Source of the DNA: the human T2T-CHM13v2.0 reference genome, Homo sapiens
Length of the DNA stretch: 64,000 bases
Assembly (NCBI RefSeq): GCF_009914755.1
Contig: NC_060927.1
Strand: one strand, 5' to 3'
Shown: piece by piece, positions 14,117 through 28,950 of the stretch
Numbering within the stretch: position 1 is the first letter of the stretch
How the letters are laid out: every line of letters starts with the position of its first letter
Translations under genes and position numbers: made by a program
Notes under the pieces: model-generated
What the model saw: the letters and a program-made list of their open reading frames with translations, nothing else
The model's database searches: none
Told to the model about the DNA's origin: nothing

Positions 14117-14400
14117 TTCAGATGGAGTCTCACTCTGTCACCCAGGCTGGAGTGCAGTGGTGCGATCTTGGCTCACTGCAACTCGACCTCCCAGGTTCAA
14201 GCGATTCTCCTGCCTCCGCCTCCCAAATAGCTGGAACTACAGGCATGCACCACCATGCCCAGCTAATTTTTGTATTTTTAGGAGAGACAGGGTTTCACCA
14301 TTTTGGCCAGGTTGGTCTCCAACTCCTGAACTCAGGTGTTCCATCTGCCTCAGCCTCCCAAAATGCTGGGATTACAGGTGTGAGCCACCACGCCCAGCCC
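14117..14400 (-). mobile_element. Alu (AluS-like)
   Basis: Antisense Alu dimer. Confidence 0.93.
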
Positions 14401-15326
14401 AATTAGTTAGTTTTGAGAATTCATGAGGCCAACACTGTTCCAGAATGTTCTGTACTTCCTGAAGCATCCTTACACTTACCCAAAAATTGGAGCCTACAAA
14501 ACCCTCTTCAGTTTTAATTGCCGTTCTCAGATTGGCCCTGCAGTCTTCTCACTGAGCACTTTTTGAAGGATTTTGGGGTTCTCTGATCCTCAGAGCCATC
14601 AGAGCTCCATGCCTTTCGTCTGCTTCTACCCACACAAATGCCACTACTATGGAGGTGCTGAAGCTGTTGATAACTTGCTCCCACCCACTCATGTTTCGGG
14701 GTTAGTGGGGATACCTCGTCAACTTGGGGTTTTTTTTTAGATGTTTTCCCCAGAATGTTGGTTCTGTATCCCAGTTGCTCTGTTTTCACAGGGGATATTC
14801 AGAAAGATTAAAAAATCTATGCTGCTATTGACACTATCTTCACAGAATTCTCTATTTATTGCTTCTTTTTCTGTAACTTTAAATTTTGAAATAACTTCAA
14901 ACTTACAAGAAAGTAAGAACAGTATAAAGAACACCAATATGCCCTTCTCTCATGTTTCCCAATCATTAACATTTTGTCCAATTTGCTTTATTATTCATTC
15001 TCCCTATAAGCAAATTATTTTTTCCTGAAACAATTGAGAGTAAGTTGCAGACATGCTGCTCTTTCTTTTGTCCCTAAGTACTTCAGTGTATATTTCTTTT
15101 GAATAAGGGCTTTTTCTTATATAGCCATTGAACAGTTATCCAAATCACAAAATTAACCTGTATAAATTGCTACTATTTTATATAACTTAGTCAAATTTCA
15201 CCAATTTTCCAATAATGTCTCTTAATGAAAAAAGGTTTTTTGTTTTGTTTTGTTTTGTTTTTTAATTTTCCCCTTTTGGTCCAGGATCCAATCCAAGAAC
15301 ACACATTGCATTTAACTATCATGAGT

Positions 15327-15643
15327 CTTTTTGTTTGTTTGTTTGTTTGTTTGTTTGTTTGTTTAAATGGAGTCTCCCTCTGTCGCCAGGATGGAGTGCA
15401 GTGGCATGATCTCGGCTCACTGCAATCTGCATCTCCCAGGTTCAAGCTAGTCCCCTGCCTCAGCCTCCCAAGTAGCTGGGACTACAGGCGCACACAACCA
15501 CGCCCAGCTAATTTTTTGTATTTTAGTAGAGACCGGGGTTTCACCATATTGGCCAGGATGGTCTCGATCTCCTGACCTCGTGATCCACCCAGCTCGGCCT
15601 CCCAAAGTGCTGGGATTACAGGTGTGAGCTATCACGCAAGGAC
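15327..15643 (-). mobile_element. Alu (AluSc-like) with (TTTG)n tail and TSD
   Basis: ggccaggatggtctcgatctcctgacctcgtgatcc. TSD tatcatgagtcttt on both sides. Confidence 0.93.
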
Positions 15644-15980
15644 AGTTATCATGAGTCTTTAATCTTAATCTGGAACATTTCTTTGTTCTTTCTTTGTCTT
15701 TCAGGAGTTCAACATTTTTGAAGAGTATAGCCAGGTTTGGAGAATGTCTCACAATTCAGATTTCTCTGATGTGTCTTCGTTATTAGATCCAGGCTATACA
15801 TTTTTGACATAACACGCAGAACTGGCACTGCATCCTTAGTGCGTCGTATCAGGGGCACATGATATTGTGTTTCCCTATTACTAGTATGGTTAACCCTGGT
15901 TACTTAATTAAAATGGTTTCTCCCAGATTTCTCCACTGTAAATTTACTGTTTCCCTTTTATAATTAAAAAGTCATTTGTG

Positions 15981-16344
<364 letters not shown>

Positions 16345-18232
16345 TCAACAACTAGTTTTAGCATCCACTGATTATTCTTGCCTGAATTAGTTATTACTAT
16401 GATGGTTTCCAACTAGTGATCTTTAAATTCATTGTTCTTTCTACATTTATCAGTTAATATTCTACTGTAAGAAAGAGATTTTTCTTCTCTCATTTATTTA
16501 TTTACTTATTTCTTTTATTTATATCAGCATGGGCATATAGATTCTTATTTGATCCAATTATTGCTTTCATTTACATTAAAATCTTGTTATAAACAACCTA
16601 CCATTCTAAGTATTTTATATTGTGGGTATATATTAAGAATCTCTCTCTCACTCTAACACAGAAATTAAGTTTCCTCTCTCCTCTCCCCATCACTAGCAAA
16701 ATGATATTTCAGTGGCTTTTAAGGAATCACAAGGAAAGATGACATGATCGGTTGTCATCCAGTCATCTTGCCTGTTCCATCATCCAGATTATCTGTTGGA
16801 TCACATGCAGATCTACCCCTAGACCATTTAATAAGTTTACTAATTCTCAGTTTTGAATTTGCAGTTAAAGAGATAAGTACATAATTTCTTTTTCATGAGA
16901 AACTGAAAGCCTGAATAGTGAAACAAATTATATCAGTGATACCTAAGGCAAGGACTCCTGAGTGCCTGATTTTAGGACCACAATTTTACTCAAGTCATGG
17001 ACTGTTGAATTCTCAAGACATTTTTTATAGTATAAGTTTTCATTAGTGGTTTCTGAAATATGATAAACTTTGCATTATTTCTGGGTAGTAAGATTGCAGG
17101 AGATTTTAATGCTGTCTTCTGAACTTTTATGTATTTTCCAAATATTTCACAATAAACACATTTTACTTTTACGTAGGCAAGGAAAACAAACAACTAAGAG
17201 GCAGAGCAGTACTGGGGAAGAGCATGGGGTGGAGTACCAGGAGACACGTGTTTTTATCCCTTTACCTGAGGACCTTCAGCAAATCCTGTTCTCCCCCTGA
17301 GATTTATTTTCCCCACTGATAAGATGAGAGGATTGCATTTTTAACCTTTATTGAAGCATTAAGAGTCATTGTTCTGATATTTTTCCACCATGTGTCAGAC
17401 TGTAATTTTTTTAACTATAGACAAGTAGAATAAGCTTCTTGCCAAAAAGAACATTTCTAACTCTTTGTCTCATAAAAAGAAGCAAATGAAAATTTTACTG
17501 TTGCTTTAAAACTACTTTTTTTTTCTTCCTTTTTAGAAGATTCCCATAGGGTTCTTCAATTCTTGAAAGTGATTTTATTTTGTTTCCATCCACTCCTGCC
17601 ACATGTGCTGAACTTATATTTCAGTTCCCTTTTTTCCCTTGCTGGCATTCCTGCTGAGTACCATGTCAATAAGATTGCTATCATGTTGAGTTTGGCTTTT
17701 TGGTTGTCATTTTGTTTTACTGTTTTACTGATGTGATGGTTCCTTCTGAGATATTTTAAGCATCTGATACAATGTATAGAAATTTTCAGAATTTCTTCGT
17801 TTCTTACTTTTGGTTTCAACTGTTATTTAAAGTATCTTCTATGTCATTTCTTTCTCTCTGTGGACTTGGTCTTGAAGATACTTGTGTTACCTTGAAACGT
17901 CTTTGTTGCTGGAAGATACCAGCATTTCTTTCTTCTTTTCAAATAGAAATAACCACACAGTTTTCATGTTACCACATGTTGCCATGCAGTACCCCAGAGT
18001 ATGTTAACCAGCTCTTCCTACATTGTTTAACTTTGGAGCTAACAGAAATTTCATGTCAACACACCAAGATGGTGCACTAATAATTCTAAAGCACATCTAA
18101 TGAGCTATTTGAAATGGGGCCTCACTATGCTTTCTGCTTATTTGAAAAGGAAAATATCAAGCATATCATGGATCTGCCAGATGATATAATCAATCTTTTT
18201 TATTTCACACACACATAAAAACCAACTTCACA

Positions 18233-18420
18233 GATAGCTAGAAGAGCTGATTTTGAATGTTCCCAACACAAAGATATGATACATGTTTGAGGCAATGGAT
18301 ATGCTAATTACCCTGTTTTGGTCATTACACATTCCATACATGTATCAAAATATCACACTATCCCCAGAAATACGTGCAATTTTTACATGTCAATTAAAAA
18401 TAATAATAAAAGCAAAAAAC
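18233..18420 (+). mobile_element. L1MA-type 3' end fragment
   Basis: atagctagaagag...gaatgttcccaacacaaag...ggatatgctaattaccctg...tgtatcaaaatatcacac. Confidence 0.8.
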
Positions 18421-19289
18421 TTCTTTTTTAAAAAGAGTGTTCTGTTCCTGTAGAGGAATGTTCTTATTCATATGTGGAGGCTAAAAAAGTTGATCTCATA
18501 GAAGGAAAATTAAAGCTGAGTGTCATACAGCAAATATAAGTTATATATTAAATGTTGTTAATAATAAAACAAATTAAAAATTATTTGTTGAAATAATTCC
18601 TTACTTTGAATTCTCGTTCCCTCATTTTTTGTTTTTGCTGTGACAATAATAAACAAAGAAATTTATTTTGCCATTAGAAAGAAGGACATGGAGATGCTGA
18701 TTTTTGTACAAGATTGAATAGGGCATTTTTCAGCAAGTTGAACAAGAAGAGTGAAGTTGGTTTAAAGGTATTTTATATTGAAAAGTGTGTCCAGAGAAAG
18801 TTGAATATACACCTTCTTTCCTGATAAGAAAGCTATTTATAATTCACTTTCCTGTCACAGCTCCCAAGAACCAGGAAGTTTTCTCCCTATTTGGACCACT
18901 GAAAAGCATTTTAGGAGCTATTTCTCAAATCATAATTTTAAGAAACTTTCTTTTGGACCTAGCCTTCTACAGTTGGTCTCAAGACTGGCCAGGGGTGCTA
19001 ATACGTAATTATTAATAGTAAAGTATGATTAATTTAAAGGTGAGGATCACCTATGTTTTGGTTAAACTCTAAGCATTTGAATAAAATACTTTATTTCTTA
19101 AAATGGTGGCAAAATTAAAGTTTATCATGAAGTAATATGTTGTCCTGAGTAAAAGCATTCCCTGGTTGTCTGGGGTACTTAGAGTTGATACCTTGGACCT
19201 TCAAGAGCATAAATACAAGTTTGCCCTCTCTCTGCCTAACCCAGGATTCTAAAGTATTTTGACTTAATTTGCTTCCTCATTGATACCTT

Positions 19290-21140
19290 CTCTCCACCCC
19301 ACCCCCATAAAATTTCCCTCATTATTAACAACTTGCATTATTGTGGTACACTAATAGTGAACCAATATGTATTTTTTATTAACTAAATCTGTATTTTACA
19401 TTGGGGTTCACTCTTGGTGTTGCACAGTTCTGTGGATTTTGAGAAATACATAATGTTGTGTATCCACCATTATGGTACTGTACAGAATAGTTTCACCCTC
19501 TGAAAATAGTCTGTGTTCCATTAATTCATCCTTTATTCTCTTCTCTTGAACCCCTGGCAACCACTGGTTTTGTTTTATTTTTACTGTCTCTCTAGTTTTG
19601 CCTTTTCCAGAATGTCACGTAGTTGTGAAGGAGTTCGGAACATGCCACTCCACTATATGCTACTCTGGCATATTGACTATTTTGAGTTAAAACTACTTGA
19701 AAAACAACAGATGCAAGAAGGTCACTCTGACCTTCATTCTGTTTCTTAAAAGCAGGAACTGTAATTCATTTGAAAGATACTCTCTATATTAAAAGGAAAG
19801 TAAGATTCTCATCATCAAGGGTGGGAAGTTGCGAAAGAAGGTCCTCTGTACAAATGTTATTAGACTAACCCTTATCTTCCTGGCCACTTCTCCCTGCCAT
19901 TAACTACCTTAGCCCAAGCCCCTTTGCCTTGTCACATTTTTACAATTTACTACTCTTTGTCTTATTCAATATATAAGTATTCAAATCTAACTGTGTCTTT
20001 GGGTCTTCATTTCCTCATGAGGATGTCCGTGTCACAAAAAACTATATTAACTTTGTATGGTTTTCTCCTGTTGATCTATCTTAGACCAATTTAATTTTCA
20101 GGCCCAGCCAGGACCCTAAGAAGGCAGAAGTTGAAATCATACAACTTGTAGCTTTTTCATACTTGCTTCTTCTACATAGCAAAATGTAAAACATTAAGGT
20201 TCCTCCGTGTCTTTTTATGGCTTGATGCCTCATTTCTTTTTAATGCTGAGTAATATTTCATTGTCTGGATATACCACAGTGTGTTTATCCATTCCTCTAT
20301 TGAAGGACATCTGGTTGCTATCAATTTTGAGCAATTATGAATAAAGCTGCTATAAAATGTGTGTGCGGGTTTTTGTGTGGACATAAGTTTTCAACTCATT
20401 TGGGTAAATACCTAGGTGGATGATTGCTGGAGTATATAGTAAGACTATGTTTAGCTTTGTAAGAAAGTGTCAAACTGTCTTTCTTCTAAAGTAGCTGTAT
20501 CATTTTGAATTATCACCAGCAATGAATGAGAGTTCCTGTTGTTCCACAACCTCATCAGCATTTGGTGTTACCAGAATTTTGTCTTTTAGCCATTCTAATA
20601 AGTGTATAGTGGCATCTGATTGTTGCTTTGCATTTCCCTTTAATTGCAAAACCCAATGTTGTTGATCATATTTTCATATGCTTGTTTACCATCTATATAT
20701 CTTCTCTGGTAAGATGTCTGTTTATTTTTAAATTTGGTTGTTTTATTCATTATTGTTGAGAAGAGTTCTTTGTAGATTTTGGATACCAGTCCTTTATCAG
20801 ATAAATATTTTGCAAATATTTTCTCCCTGTCTGAGCCTTGCCTTTTCATTTTCTTAGTAGTATCTTACACAGATCAGATATTTTTATTTTAATAAACAAT
20901 CATATTAATTTTTTTCATGGATCATGCTTTTGGTGATGTATATAAAAAGCTGTCACCAAATCAAAAGTCACCTCAATTTTTCTCCTACGCTATCTTTTGG
21001 AAGTTTTGTAGTTTTCCATTTTACATTTAGACATAATCCATTATGAGTTAATTTTTATGAAAGGTATGAGGTCTCTGTCTAGATGGGAGGGATTTTTTTG
21101 CATATGCTGTCCAGTTGTTCTAGCATCATTTGTTGAAAAT
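19290..21140 (-). mobile_element. L1M (L1MA/MB/MC-like) antisense fragment, split by an LTR
   Basis: ccttttccagaatgtcac, tatttcattgtctggatataccacag, tcaactcatttgggtaaatacctagg, ttttgcaaatattttctccc. Confidence 0.85.
19626..20130 (+). mobile_element. MER34-like ERV1 solo LTR
   Basis: tgaaggagttcggaacatgccactcc...ggcatattgactattttgag...aggcccagccaggaccctaagaagg. The host L1 resumes on both sides at agttg. Confidence 0.75.
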
Positions 21141-21859
21141 ATCTCCCTATATTTTTAGCATTACACTATTGTGTACATGTTCACAATTATACTTTGCCTT
21201 GGTGCAAAGACTTGGAAGCAGCCCCACACCTGGTGCTCAGTGTTCTTATCACCATTCCCAACCTTCACTTCTGCTGCCAGCATTGCTAAACTCTACCATT
21301 CTCTTACCACTCCCTTTCCCTATGTATCTGTGTCTCTCTGCTTCTCCTATCCTTTTTGTCTTTCAAATTTCTTATGAACATGGTCAGCCCATCAAGATTC
21401 TCCCTCTTTTCTGGGTAATATCCTGTGATTGTTTGAGGCTTTGCTAATGGCAAGCATATTCTATTTTCTTATAATAGAGGTAAATTTTGTTCTTTACGTT
21501 CTGATTCAGAGCCATAACGAATAATCTCAGGTGCTAGAGGGCTGATCTCCCAATTATCAAGGTTTTTCTATAGAGTTCCAGTGGTGGAAATCTGTCTTCC
21601 AGTGGCGGAAGATGAAGAACACATGTTACTTGGGCAGTCAGTATATATTTGTATTGATGTCATGTGCCATCATTTCCTTTATCCAAGTCAATGAACTTAT
21701 CTTTGTCAATTCTCTTTAGCTACAGAAATATAATTGGGCTTGCATTTGAGACTTTTTTTCTGGGTTTTTTTGTCCATCGCTAAAAGAAACATGTAAAAAT
21801 CCTTTGAACCATAGGAAAGAGGTAGCTATATTTTAAGAATTCAAAAGACCTTTAAAAAA

Positions 21860-22466
21860 ATTTTTTTAAGTTTTTTTCTTGAAATTTTATTTTATTTCTT
21901 TTTAAACTTTTATTTTAAGTTCAGGGGTATATGTGCAGGTTTGTTGTATAGGTGTCATGGGGCTTTGTTGTACAGATTATTTCATCACCCAGATTATTTT
22001 ATCACTCAACTAAGACTAGTACCCATTAGTTATTTTTCCTGATCCTCTCTCTCCTCCCACCCTCCACCCTCCAGCAGGCCCCAATGTGTGTTGCTCCCCT
22101 CTATGTGTCCATGTGTTCTCATCATTTAGATTCCACTTATAAGTGAGAACATGCGGTATTTGGTTTTCTGTTCCTGTGTTAGTTTGCTAAGGATAATGGC
22201 CTCCAGCTCCATCCATGTCCCTGCAAAGGACATAATCTCATTCTCTTTTATGGCTGTGTAGTATTCCATGGTGCATATATACCACATTTTCTTTATCCAA
22301 TCTATCATTGATTGACATTTAGGTTGATTCTATGTCTTTGCTATTGTGAATGGTGCTGCAGTGAACATATGCATGCAGATGTCTTTATAATAGAATGATT
22401 TACATTCCTTTGGGCATATACCCAGTAATGTGATTACTGGTTCGAATGGTATTTCTGTTTTGAGGT
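21860..22466 (-). mobile_element. L1PA/L1PB 3' end (truncated primate L1)
   Basis: acttttattttaagttcagggg...ccacttataagtgagaacatgcggtatttggttttctg...ctccagctccatccatgtccctgcaaagg. Flanks ttcaaaagaccttt / ttcaaagtaccttt are TSD-like. The ORF track shows L1 ORF2 C-terminal remnants (MEYYTAIK). Confidence 0.92.
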
Positions 22467-22966
22467 TCAAAGTACCTTTTAAATCTCCCAATCTCTTCCC
22501 ACTTAACAAAGAAGAAAACTGATAGTAAGTGATATAAATTACTTGCCCAAAATCATGTACTAGTTTGAAGCATAGCCAGGAATGTAACTCAAGTTCCCAA
22601 GGGTATTTCCTCAAGATAGTTGTACTAAATCACAAGATGTGCCCACGAGAGCACATCAGCTATGCTTATCAACAACAAAAATAATTTTTAAATATCATAT
22701 TTTCACAGTCGTGTCTTTTGATCATGCAATTTAAGACTATGTCTGACTCCCTTACAATTACTGAAAACTGAAACAAGATTTTTTATTATCATTTTCCCCC
22801 AACGAATTGTCCAGCCATCTGTTTGTCTGTGTACCAGGCAAGCTGGGTTGATACTAAGTAAAACTATAAAGTTGTCAAATTTTCTTTAGTGTTTCAAAGA
22901 GCCACAGCCTCCCATGAACCATGGTCTTACTCTGACTCCCTGTGGATCCCAGGGGTAAAGTTTTAG

Positions 22967-22968
<2 letters not shown>

Positions 22969-23002
<34 letters not shown>

Positions 23003-23010
23003 TGTGTGTG
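22969..23010. repeat. (GT)n microsatellite
   Basis: Directly visible. Confidence 0.95.
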
Positions 23011-24910
23011 TTTTATTTTCATCAATGCTGGGTTCCTTCTTTGTGTCAGGAACAGGGCATCTTGGAGACCCGAGCAGTTGGCCTGTCTGTTACTTCAGGG
23101 AAGTGTTATTCCTGAGAACTGGTATTTCTGGGTCCCCACTAAGCCACCATGAAGATAAGCCATGACAAACAGGACTAACCGACTGTTTCTGTCCCTCTAG
23201 ATTTAACTGCCCTTTTGTGAACAACGTGACTCACACCTATCTTAAATAAACGCCTACCTGGAGCATATGTTATGGGCCAAAAAGTTAACTTTTGAGTGTC
23301 CACAGTTGTATTTTCTTCTTTTCTCCTGCCTTCTAAAAAATATCCTGTATTTGCGCTCCCTTTCTCTCCATATCACCTTCACCGGGGAGGAAGAATTATA
23401 GCTTTCTAAGAGTCAGACAATGTTCCTCTGGTTAACAAAGGGATAAGCATTGGAGGATAAGGAGGGAGACAAACAGTGGTGAGATCTAGGTGTGCAATGA
23501 AGATTTGGGGAGGTTTGTAGACAGGGAGACTCTAAAATGGCTGTGAGGTGTGAGTGACATGGACAGAAAAGGAAAGAGGACATAGGTTCGTGCAAGGGTC
23601 TTAGCTACAAACAACAGAAAGCAACTGGCAAATATAAGCAGGAAAAGAATTCATTAAAAAGATATCCAGTAGCTCACAAAAGTAAGTTACTGGGCTCAGA
23701 CAACCTTTCGGGACCAAGGGAGACTACGCTGCAGGAAATTATAGCAGCAGTCATGCCACAGGAATGGTTTGCTTGGGGTTCTTCCCCCACACCACTGCCT
23801 CCACTGCCACTAGATATGGTCACCCCTGGACCCCGCTGCTGTGGACCCTATTGATATCACCACTGCCAGTGAACTTGAAACTCTCCCTTCATTTTTGTGT
23901 CATTTACTCACAATTGAATGTACCAAATGGGCATATCCATCTACCCAAGCACAGGTCCTGTATCCGGCCCCTTTGACATCCATGGGCAGCCTTGCTTCCC
24001 GCAAAATTCACACAGTGGGTTGGAGGAGGAGTAGTTCCTCCAGAACATGCAAGGGTTTTGGATGCTGAGTAACCCCAAAACCAACCCCACCAAACATCTT
24101 CATGGAGGGAGCTGAAGCTGGGGCGTTTGTTAGAAACAACTTCGTGGGCCCAGACATAGGCAGGAACCAAGATGTGACAGGGGGAAAAGCTGGGGTGTTG
24201 CTGCCATCTACCTTCAACCATTAAAAGAGGAACATCTCCTCTGAGCATCAGAGTGAATTCAAGTGGCATAGATCATCTCTGCCACAATGTTCTTTCCACA
24301 ATTAAAAATGGTTTTCTCTCTTAAACATGGCCTTCCCTGAAGTCCCTTCTGCTTGTCTCAAGAAGTTGTCTTTGAAGAGGAAGATGTTTGCAGATGATTG
24401 GTTTTGCTCATTTAGAAAGCAGTTTCCTTTAGGTAATCCTGACAAACACGTATTTAAAGTTATAAATGGCTCCAGTCTGGCAATAAATTATATCACAAAA
24501 ATAAAAAGCTGGTAAGTGTCAGATCACAACACTTACAATCATAACAATAATTTTCTACTACTTTTCCATCTTCAGAGCATTAATTAAGTAGGCCCCAGAA
24601 TAGCTCTAGAAGATACTTGCCTGCAATGTATAGAAATAAAATCCAGGGCATAGATACTTGAGATCTGCCTCAAACCAGAAAAATAATTATTTTTCCTTTT
24701 TCAATCCCCTCACAGGAGTATGAGACCTAGCAAGAGATAGAAAGAGACAGGAAAGATAAAGAGGAAAAAAGAAATCATGCACAGAAGATGAGCACATTCA
24801 GATACCTGCGAGGAGGCTGAACCAACCCAGGCTGTTGGCTGCCTTCCAGGAGCCAAGACTGGGGAAGTCTAAAGCCAGAGGGAGGTCAGTGGGACTGAGA
24901 AACCAATGAA

Positions 24911-25213
24911 GCCAGGCGTGGTGGCTCACGCCTGTAATCCCAGCACTTTGGGAGGCTGAGGTGGGCGGATCACCTGGGGCCAGGAGTTCAAGACAAACCT
25001 GGCCAACATGGTGAAACACCATCCCTACTAAAAATACAAAAAATTCGCTGGGCGTAGTGGTGCATGCCTGTAACCCCAGCTACTTGGGAGGTTGAGGCAG
25101 GAGAATCGCTTGAACCCAGGAGGCAGAGGTTGTAGTGAGCTGAGATCATGCCATTGAACTCCAATCCAGCCTGGGCAACAAGAGTGAAATTCCATCTCAA
25201 AAAAGAAAAGCAA
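24911..25213 (+). mobile_element. Alu (AluS-like) with TSD
   Basis: Sense dimer flanked by aaaccaatg on both sides. Confidence 0.94.
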
Positions 25214-25480
25214 ACCAATGCAAAAACTGAGGAACCTGGAGAGACAGAAAATGATTAGCTCTTGGAGTGAGAGGCAAAAGTAGCCCAGAATTGGTTAGAT
25301 TCTTCAGGACATAATATCTTCACACCAGTTTCTGTGAAAAATACCCAGGACAGTATTTCCCAAAGTATGTTCGATGGAACAACTGCTCTTTAGGATAGTC
25401 TCACGATTTATTGCATGTTAAAAGGGTCCCAAGTGTAAGGGAGCTTAGTCATGTTTTGACTGCCCAATCTGAACCCCATT

Positions 25481-25844
25481 TGATATGGTTGGGCTGTGTC
25501 TCCATCCAAATCTCATCTTGAATTGTAGCTCCCGTAATCCCCATGTGTCATGGGAGGGGACCGATGGGAGGTAACTGAATCATAGGGGTGGGTTTTTCCC
25601 ATGCTGTTCTCATGATAGTGAATACGTCTCACAAGATCTAATGGCTTTATAAAGAGCAGTTCCCCTGTACACGCTCTCTTGCCTGCCACCATGCAAGACG
25701 TGCCTTTGCTCCTCCTTTGCCTTCTGCCATGATTGTGAGGCCTCCCCAGCCATGTGGAACCATAAGTCCATTAAACCTCTTTTTCTTTATAAATTACCCA
25801 GTCTTGGGTATTTCTTCACAGCAGTATGAAAATGGACTAATACA
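25481..25844 (+). mobile_element. THE1 (MaLR) solo LTR
   Basis: tgatatggttgggctgtgtc...caaatctcatcttgaattgtagctccc...attaaacctctttt...aaaatggactaataca. TSD-like ccatt / tcatt. Confidence 0.92.
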
Positions 25845-26119
25845 TCATTCTTATGTGTTTGGGGGTAATTCTCCATTCCATGAGTATTAGCTAGAGGTAG
25901 AACCCCTTTCGCGACAGAAGATCAACACCAAGCACTTACTTTCTCATCCCCCCTCTTATTTTTATCCCCCACCAAGCTCAGGCATGGGCATGTGGCCAAG
26001 GTGCTGCCAGTCAGATCTGCTTTCCCTAGACTTTGACTTGGGAACCAATGATGCAAGAAAGCAGCTGTTCAGCAGCAACTGAGGCAACATTGAGTTTCCA
26101 GAAATGAGCATGGCAACAT

Positions 26120-26600
26120 GGTCATGGCACTTAAAACCTTCCAAAGGCTTTCTTTTGTCCTGAGAATAAAGTCCCAACTGCCCCAACATGACTTATAACA
26201 CTCTTTGGGGTTATAATAGCCCTTTATGTACCTCATGCTCCAGCCAAACTGATTTTCTCTTAATTCTTCAAATATGCTTCTCTCACCGTCTCTCTTCTCC
26301 TTCCTTATGTCTACTACACTGTAGCCTTTGTTTGGAAATTTATCTTGCTCTGCCCTCCTCCTACTTTTCTGGTTAATTCCTACTCATCCTTTAGGACAAT
26401 ATTCCCCCCAAAATCTATGTCATGCAATCCCACAGGAACTTGAATGTCAATATAATGGCTTGCTCATTGGCATCCTGTTTGCAAACTTCTGATGTCAAAG
26501 AGAAGAGTGCTATGTCTACACTGCTGATTAATGTATCTCCTGTGTCCAGAACAATGCCTCTTACAGGATAGGGAGTCAAACATTTATTGATTGAACAAAG
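26120..26600 (+). mobile_element. L2 fragment
   Basis: ttaaaaccttccaaaggc...ctccagccaaactg...taattcctactcatcctt...aaacatttattgattgaa. Confidence 0.55.
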
Positions 26601-27679
26601 TTCATCATAAAGTAGCTAGAATCTGACTGTGCATTTTTCTGTATTCTTGGCCTGCCAATGATTATCCTTCTCCTCAATGTTTTTCCATGTTTTTATTGAA
26701 TTGAATATTTTAATATAAAATCTAGATTATAAACAAAAGGATGAAGGCTTATATGATTATATTTATTCTAGTTTATTGTTGGGCATAATGAAATTGGCTA
26801 GATGAGGTCTGGAAACTCCTTCTTTCTGGAAAAGTGCTCTGAGTACAAAATGCCGAGAATTTAAAAGTAAAGGGAATAAACAGCTCCCAAGGAATAAACT
26901 TCACTTTTCAATGAGATGAATGAGCTCTTCCAGGCTAGCTGGAAGCCAGGCTGTGAAAAGAAATTAATATCCTACATAAGACGGACTATATAATCTTTTT
27001 TTTTTTTTTTTGCCCGGGGTGATTGGGCTTATAAGTGTGTCTCCACACACAGGAAACAGACAGTCAATAACTGATTGACCAATGAATGGATGGGAATGGA
27101 AACAGCTCTGCCTTCTGCACTCCCTGGTGCTCTTTGAAGTCACAAAACACAGACCCACATCATCCACCATTTGATGGATGAAGCTGCCCAGGGAGATAGG
27201 TAGTCTGGTGTTACTGTTTCCATTCTACAATTGAAGAAACCGAGGGCGAGATAATTTAAGTGATTTGTCCAAGGCCTCCTAGCTAGTAGGTGTTAGTGCC
27301 CAAAATAAAATCTAGGTCTATATATCTTTCTTTATTATGCCATAAATGTACAGAAGATAGTTTTAAAGGCTGAATCAGACCACAGGAATTTTTAAACAGT
27401 CACATCAATAACTATAGAAATTATTTTCATGCTTATCTTTTTTTAAAAAGTGTAACTTGTGATGGAAGTAGCTCAGCTCCCTGCAGTAGTTATGAAAAGC
27501 TTGGGATGAAACGCTCCATATAATGAGAATTACTAACTTCTGATAAGAAAGGGATTCAGGACTGCAGAGCTGCTTTGCTCAGGGGCAGCTGTTTTTATAC
27601 AACGGTCACTGGACTCTCCTAGAAGTCCCATCTTCGCTCAGCCAGCTGTAACATGCAATCCCATGAAGAGTCTTGGCAG

Positions 27680-28370
<691 letters not shown>

Positions 28371-28462
28371 GCAAGTAAGTAAAAGCTGAAGATAAGATGA
28401 CAGTAAGGGAAAGGTAGAGTTTTGGAGAATGAGTCATTGCTTTAAAATCCTACAAACCTAAT

Positions 28463-28950
28463 ATTATGGGTTGATTTGTTTTCCCAAAAATATATGTTGA
28501 GGTCCTAACCCCTAGAACCTATCAATGTGACCTTACTTGGAAGTATCATCTTTGCAGTTGTGACCAAGTTAAGATGCAGTTATTAGGGCCCCAATCCAAT
28601 GACTGAAATACTTATAAGAAGAGGGAAATTTGGACACAGGCACACACAGAGAATAGCATGTGAAGACAGAGACACACAGAGGGGGCACCATGTAACAACA
28701 GAGGCAGAGAAGGGAGTGATTAGCAAACAGTGATTCACCCACTAAGGAATGCCAAGGGTTCATGGACACCACCAGAAGGCAGGAAGAGGCAAGGAAGTTT
28801 TCTATCCAGAGGAAGGTCTCAGAGGGAGCATGGCCCAGCTAACACCTTGATTCCAGACTTCTAGTCTGAAGAACTGTGAAAGAATAACTTTCTGTTGTTT
28901 CAAGCCACCTACTTTGTGGTACCTTGTTACGGCATCCTAGGAAACTAACC
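28463..28950 (+). mobile_element. MLT1B/C-like MaLR LTR
   Basis: tatgttgaggtcctaacccc...aatgtgacctta...caccagaag...ctaacaccttgatt...ttgttacggcatcctaggaaactaa. Confidence 0.85.

Noticed and set aside
13887-14426. 179-aa ORF and the many other ORFs with [17 protein letters not shown] / [10 protein letters not shown] motifs
   Set aside because: Translations of Alu elements and microsatellites, not genes.
20172-22614. ORFs resembling the L1 ORF2 C-terminus (YYSALKRNE, MEYYTAIKENE)
   Set aside because: Short degraded retrotransposon remnants. No intact L1 ORF1 or ORF2 is present in the window.
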